Origin: Thermodesulfobacteriota bacterium
Lineage (GTDB): Bacteria; Desulfobacterota_D; UBA1144; Nemesobacterales; UBA2774
Direction: 5' to 3'
Length of the DNA: 64,000 bases
Assembly (NCBI GenBank): GCA_965216785.1
Contig: OZ244197.1
Span: 832,001 to 896,000 of the forward strand
Shown: piece after piece, positions 59,801 through 64,000 of the stretch
How positions within the stretch are numbered: position 1 is the stretch's first letter
Layout: every line of letters starts with the position of its first letter
Made by a program: the position numbers and the translations under genes
The notes under the pieces: generated by a model
Told to the model about the DNA's origin: nothing
Seen by the model: the letters and a program-made list of their open reading frames with translations, nothing else
The model's database searches: none

Positions 59801-60399
59801 ATAGAAAGGTTCGGGGTAAATATCAGATTAGCTCCACCAATTAGTGCAAAATCACACCTTCCTGTGATAATTGCATCTATACCAGCACTTAGAGCAAATA
59901 TTGAAGATGAACATGCTGTGTCTATGGTCATACTGGGGCCATTGAAATCGAAGAAATATGAAATACGGTTAGAAAGCATAGCAAGCGATATACCTGCAGC
60001 CTCATACCCAGTAAGACGATTAGCGTCAGCTACATAGGTACCAGCTGCTTCACTACCCATGCATCCCATAAAAACACCTGTATTTGAGTTTCGTAATTCC
60101 AGAGGGTTATAACCTGCATCTAGAATAGCTTCATAACAAACCTCTAGCATTAAACGAGTCATAGGATCGAGTTTTTCAGCTTGTCTTGCACTTATTTCAA
60201 AAAATTGGGAATCAAAGTAATCAGGGGTTTTTACTTTTCCGAAACGCTTAGGTGTGGAAAATATACCATTTGGCCAGCGTTCTCTCTCAACTGAAGTCAT
60301 ATCCTTAGCATTGATCAGATTTTCCCAAAATTCATCAGGACTATCTGATTCTGGAAGTCGACAAGATATACCGCCGAATACTATATTTTCTTTACTCAT
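53854..60399 (-). CDS. Iterative type I PKS/FAS: KS-AT-DH-pseudoMT-ER-KR-ACP, animal FAS-like, no TE
   Basis: KS [71 protein letters not shown] GMDSL. Confidence 0.93.
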   Translation of the reverse strand: [2181 protein letters not shown]

Positions 60400-60482
60400 C
60401 CTACCACCACCAAATTTAATTTTTCCTACTAACTACTTCTCTATAATTGAATAGATATAACTTTAACGCCCCCCCCATCAAA

Positions 60483-60530
60483 TTTAACACTGTTCAATTA
60501 CTTTATACTATATTGATTCAGTGCAGTCAA
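60483..60530 (-). promoter_or_regulatory. Putative sigma-70 promoter with a TetR operator upstream of the PKS
   Basis: Minus strand TTGACT-17bp-TATAAA; operator TTTAACACTGTTCAA at 60483-60497 just downstream of the -10. Confidence 0.7.
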
Positions 60531-60802
60531 GAGGTTCATTTGCAGCGATGAATAGAATTAATGAAATATTATTTCAGGTGAATATTTTATAGAACTGGAA
60601 ATCTCAATCCTAAATAATAAAGAGAGCCTAAGATTCCCTTTGTATATTCAAAATAGTCTAATACCAATAGCCTTAGATTAAGTTCCTACCTTTCTTCTTC
60701 GAATTGCTAAAACTTATTTAAACGTTTAGGTGTAATCTAGATTAAATGAATCTATTGTCGACTCTAGAAAAATATGCTATTAAGGAAATAAGGTTCATAT
60801 AA

Positions 60803-61555
60803 ATGAAAGTAGATTGGCATATCTCAATATGGGGTTTTTATATATCTCGGACATGGTATTTTTTCCTTTTTTCTATATCTTTATTTATTCTAAGTTGTTC
60901 TGCTAAATACGTTGATATAGATAATCCATCTCGTCGGGTTGATCTTAATTGTTTCTCTATAACACTTCCCGTTAATGGTGATTGGTATAAGAGAAGTTAC
61001 TACGTACCAGAATTACAAGATAAGTGCGAAAATGAAGCTAGATTTGCTAGTGGTAATGAGGAAGGGGTCTACTTCATTGGGTTTGAGAGTTATATAGGAG
61101 ACTGGAAAGAAGAATTTAGCAATAAATACTTATTAGATAAAAAAGTACAAGAACTCGAAGATGAACAAAATGAAATTCTTAAAGATAACAGGTTTGGTAT
61201 TGAAGACTTTCGTTATAATGTGGAAGTAGTTAGTGGAATAAAAGATATTTCCGTAAAATCAAAGACCACCTATTCCTCATCCAAGCCAAATTGGCATGGG
61301 TATGGTGGTTCTTCAGTAGAATTTTTGAAATCTACACTAAAACCAAGTGACCGATACTACTATGAATTCATAGAGCTAAGTGTTATAGAGGGCCCTTATA
61401 AACGTTGGATAGGACAAGGGGCTATCATATATCGAGTAATTTTTTACCATATATCAGTTAATGAAGACGGTGACCCGGAGCTTGAGGAGAATTCGCTGAA
61501 GTTTCTAGAAAACTTAGAATTTACTGACGACTGGGAAAGAGTAGATAAAGATTAA
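60803..61555 (+). CDS. Hypothetical lipoprotein; paralog of 39748-40516
   Basis: ILSCSAKYV lipobox region; collinear similarity along the whole length. Confidence 0.75.
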   Translation: MKVDWHISIWGFYISRTWYFFLFSISLFILSCSAKYVDIDNPSRRVDLNCFSITLPVNGDWYKRSYYVPELQDKCENEARFASGNEEGVYFIGFESYIGDWKEEFSNKYLLDKKVQELEDEQNEILKDNRFGIEDFRYNVEVVSGIKDISVKSKTTYSSSKPNWHGYGGSSVEFLKSTLKPSDRYYYEFIELSVIEGPYKRWIGQGAIIYRVIFYHISVNEDGDPELEENSLKFLENLEFTDDWERVDKD

Positions 61556-61891
61556 AAAACCATTCAAAAGACTACTATAGATCATATTCAAAAAGTGAGA
61601 TTTAATTTCGGTTATCAGATTATAAGCTACAGATTGGGATTGAAATACAGAATATACAGGGCTAAATATTAGCGTAAACAGGCCTATATTGGGATTTTAT
61701 TTAAAAGCAAGGGGTATATGTCGCTTTATTATACAAAGCCATTCTAAGTGGATGTTTGAGATTTTTCAAAAGTGATCTGGAAGTATTAAAGCGTAAGGTG
61801 AAGATCAACATGTTGTTGAAAATCCAATTTATGATGAATTGAAATCATCATCAGATTAAGAATAATAATTTTGACTAGAGGTTTAGTAATA

Positions 61892-61923
61892 CACTAGGAA
61901 AACGAAATAAAAGAAATTTATAC
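61892..61923 (+). repeat. Direct repeat copy 1 flanking rep
   Basis: CACTAGGAAAACGAAATA-N6-ATTTATAC. Confidence 0.8.
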
Positions 61924-62116
61924 TCACTACTGCATCATAAATACACATCATATAATTAAATCCTATTAAGTGTAAATACTATTAAGTTCACTCTACATAC
62001 TATGATAATTATCTAACTCATACAATCTAATCTTTACATAACAATATTATTCAAGAGAGTATAACCTCAACTTGTTAGTAACTGCCCATAAAGTAGCAAT
62101 CGGATGACTAACTCAC

Positions 62117-62830
62117 TTATTCATGAGTCTCGATACTACGGGCCTTACCCTCTCGTTCATTTCGAGGGATGAACATATCAATATATACATCTTTGTAGAT
62201 ATGCTTCGTCAAATATTGTATAGCTCCCCTAGTGGGGTCATAAATTTTTATCACTGCGTTTCCGTTAACAATACGATCAATAAAAGGTCCATTTTTCCCA
62301 ATGCGTTGTCCGTTACACTCCCAGAGCTTTGCCATATACTTCCTGCTAAGTTCTAATAACCCTTCTGCACCTAGTAGAGCATGAATGTGAAGTGTTCCCC
62401 TCTTCTGATACTCGTACACAACCGCATAACGTATACCACGCCCCCTCAGTTTATAGCGCCAGCCAAATAGACTACAGTTAAGAGACCCAAGCCACTTATG
62501 GAATCTCTGCTCAGCTTTCATAAGATCTATATCTTCTATAAACGTCAAGGTAACAAACATGTCATAATCATAGCGAGAGATAAATTCTTGCCAGTCCATT
62601 TGCAGGTCTTTATTAAACCAGCCTGTCTTTAGAGGTTTATACTCCCTTTTGTTTTGCTCACTTTCAATTTGAGAATTTATGATATGATGAGAGGATTTAT
62701 CATAAGCTAAACAATTATCTCTACCCTTTATTCTTCTTCTTATTGATTGTTCTTCTCTTAATTTCCGAAAAATGCTGTTCTGACCATCCACAAGTATCTT
62801 GTATGCAAGTTTAGAAATCTTCTTCTTCAT
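62117..62830 (-). CDS. HUH-endonuclease rolling-circle replication initiator-like protein
   Basis: RCR motifs in Rep order: I FVTLTF, II LHIHALL, III YLTK; AGGAGG RBS. Confidence 0.8.
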   Translation of the reverse strand: MKKKISKLAYKILVDGQNSIFRKLREEQSIRRRIKGRDNCLAYDKSSHHIINSQIESEQNKREYKPLKTGWFNKDLQMDWQEFISRYDYDMFVTLTFIEDIDLMKAEQRFHKWLGSLNCSLFGWRYKLRGRGIRYAVVYEYQKRGTLHIHALLGAEGLLELSRKYMAKLWECNGQRIGKNGPFIDRIVNGNAVIKIYDPTRGAIQYLTKHIYKDVYIDMFIPRNEREGKARSIETHE

Positions 62831-62846
62831 TTTTAAACTTCCTCCT

Positions 62847-62878
62847 CACTAGGAAAACGAAATAGAGCTCATTTATAC
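62847..62878 (+). repeat. Direct repeat copy 2 flanking rep
   Basis: CACTAGGAAAACGAAATA-N6-ATTTATAC, adjacent to the rep RBS. Confidence 0.8.
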
Positions 62879-62947
62879 ATGCTAATAATTTATGAGCAGG
62901 GTTAACCTATGCTGGTTTATTGTTTTGTGAAAGGAAAAGAAGTTTAA

Positions 62948-62980
62948 TTACATCAGAATAGTAGGCAGTCTCCGCGCGAG
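62948..62980. other. att junction, rep-proximal
   Basis: ATCAGAATAGTA 62952-62963 + core GG 62964-62965 + comM arm. Confidence 0.9.
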
Positions 62981-63667
62981 CATGGTCTTTCCCGCTCCTG
63001 GGGAACCTATCATGAGTAAGTTATGCCCACCGCTCGCGGCAACCTCAAGAGAGCGTTTTACGTGCTCCTGGCCTTTTACCTCGCGAAAATCGACCTGGTG
63101 CTCCCTTGCTTCCTTGAATACCGATTTTATGTCTACTTTGGTAGGTTTTATCTCTTTCTTATCCGCAAAGAACTCCACCACGTCCTGAAGCGAATCAACT
63201 CCCAGCACATCAATACCGCTTACCACCGCTGCTTCCTCGGCGTTTTCCCTGGGGAGAATGATGCCCTTTAGCTTTAGGTCCCTTGTGCAGATTGAAGTCG
63301 GAAGAGCGCCTTTGATCGGTTTAACCTCACCGTCCAGTGAGAGCTCGCCCAGGATTATATAGTCTTTTAGCTTTTTGTGATCGACAAGACCCATTACGGT
63401 AAGGATGCCGATTGATATTGGCAGGTCGAATGCGGAGCCCTCTTTTCTTATGTCCGCAGGGGCCAGGTTTACCGTGATTCTTCTGTATGGGAACTCATAG
63501 CCGCAGTTCTTGATCGCGGCGCGCACCCGCTCCTTGCTCTCTTTCACGGCCCCTTCGGGCAGGCCAACTGTATTAAAAGCCGGAAACCCTAGCGCTATAT
63601 CCACTTCCACTTCCACGAGATAGGCGTCAACTCCCAGCACTGCGCTGCTCAGAACTTTAGCTATCAT
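62948..63667 (-). pseudogene. comM: comM 5' half, truncated just after Walker A by the island
   Basis: VGLPEGAVKESKERVRAAI, ITVNLAPAD, GELSLDG, VKGQ..AASGGHNLLMIGSPGAGKTMLARRLP. Confidence 0.95.
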
Positions 63668-63843
63668 AACGGTCGGGGATTATTATAACCTGACTTTGTT
63701 CTAATATATAAGGTAATTAAATAAAAATTTGGGGATAGTGTAAAAGCTCACACTTATATTGAAAATTACATCCGTGTAAAATGCGGAGCCACTGTACCAA
63801 TTAATATAAACAAAAAAACTCCCGACCTGGTACAATCAAAATT

Positions 63844-64000
63844 ATGGCGGAAGGTAAAAAAGAGTTAACTCTAAAAAGGGGTTCACGAAAAAAGAAGAAG
63901 ATCGCAGTGCTGGGTGCTACCGGTTACGTTGGCGCAAGGCTTGTGCAAGAGCTTTTGAATAAAGGATATATTGTAAGGGCCTGCGGCAGATCGTTGGACA
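63844..64000 (+). CDS. NAD(P)-binding SDR/epimerase-family protein, 3' truncated by the window edge
   Basis: IAVLGATGYVGARLV Rossmann motif. Confidence 0.75.
   Translation, partial: MAEGKKELTLKRGSRKKKKIAVLGATGYVGARLVQELLNKGYIVRACGRSLD

Larger units (their letters stand above)
30780..62963. mobile_element. ~32.2 kb serine-integrase integrative element inserted in comM
   Basis: Split comM halves rejoin in frame; terminal 12-bp inverted arms around a shared dinucleotide; integrase at one end and HUH Rep at the other; visibly more AT-rich than the flanks. Confidence 0.95.

Noticed and set aside
53854-60399. Eukaryotic contamination explaining the FAS-like gene
   Set aside because: No introns, bacterial operon neighbours, an operator shared with tetR, and it lies between matching att junctions
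61640-61700. ssoA-like single-strand origin (TAGCGT at 61670 in a weak hairpin)
   Set aside because: A six-base match with an imperfect stem, on the strand opposite to rep; insufficient support
30780-62963. Prophage or conjugative ICE
   Set aside because: No recognisable capsid, terminase, tail, T4SS or coupling-protein genes
120-63271. Many short antisense or overlapping ORFs in the supplied track
   Set aside because: They are shadows of well-supported genes, with no RBS or recognisable motifs

Overview
Bacterial chromosome segment spanning the replication origin. Candidatus Dadabacteria/Desulfobacterota-like taxonomy is only an inference from the IPTL-CTERM and GGC-lipobox proteins. Bases 1-30 kb are host core: phoB-phoR, DUF1501/DUF1800, pheA, T2SS/pilus gspL-M-N-like genes, comF, dnaN-oriC-dnaA, an MFS transporter, ferritin, a TonB receptor-YfiR-hybrid kinase module, a PhoX-type phosphatase with a Pho-box-like array and a pyruvate kinase. 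Bases 30780-62963 are an AT-rich, ~32.2 kb integrative element inserted by a large serine recombinase into comM. The att junctions can be read exactly, and excision would restore an in-frame 509-aa ComM and swap the integrase C-terminus. The island carries four things: (i) a short tyrosine recombinase next to four directly repeated recombination-like sites that delimit single cargo modules, resembling an integron-like cassette array without attC sites; (ii) a long lipoprotein/surface-protein array; (iii) a TetR-operator-controlled cluster of an animal-FAS-like type I PKS, a sulfotransferase and an MMPL exporter; (iv) an HUH rolling-circle Rep flanked by 32-bp direct repeats. All calls come from motif reading by eye; no database searches were run.
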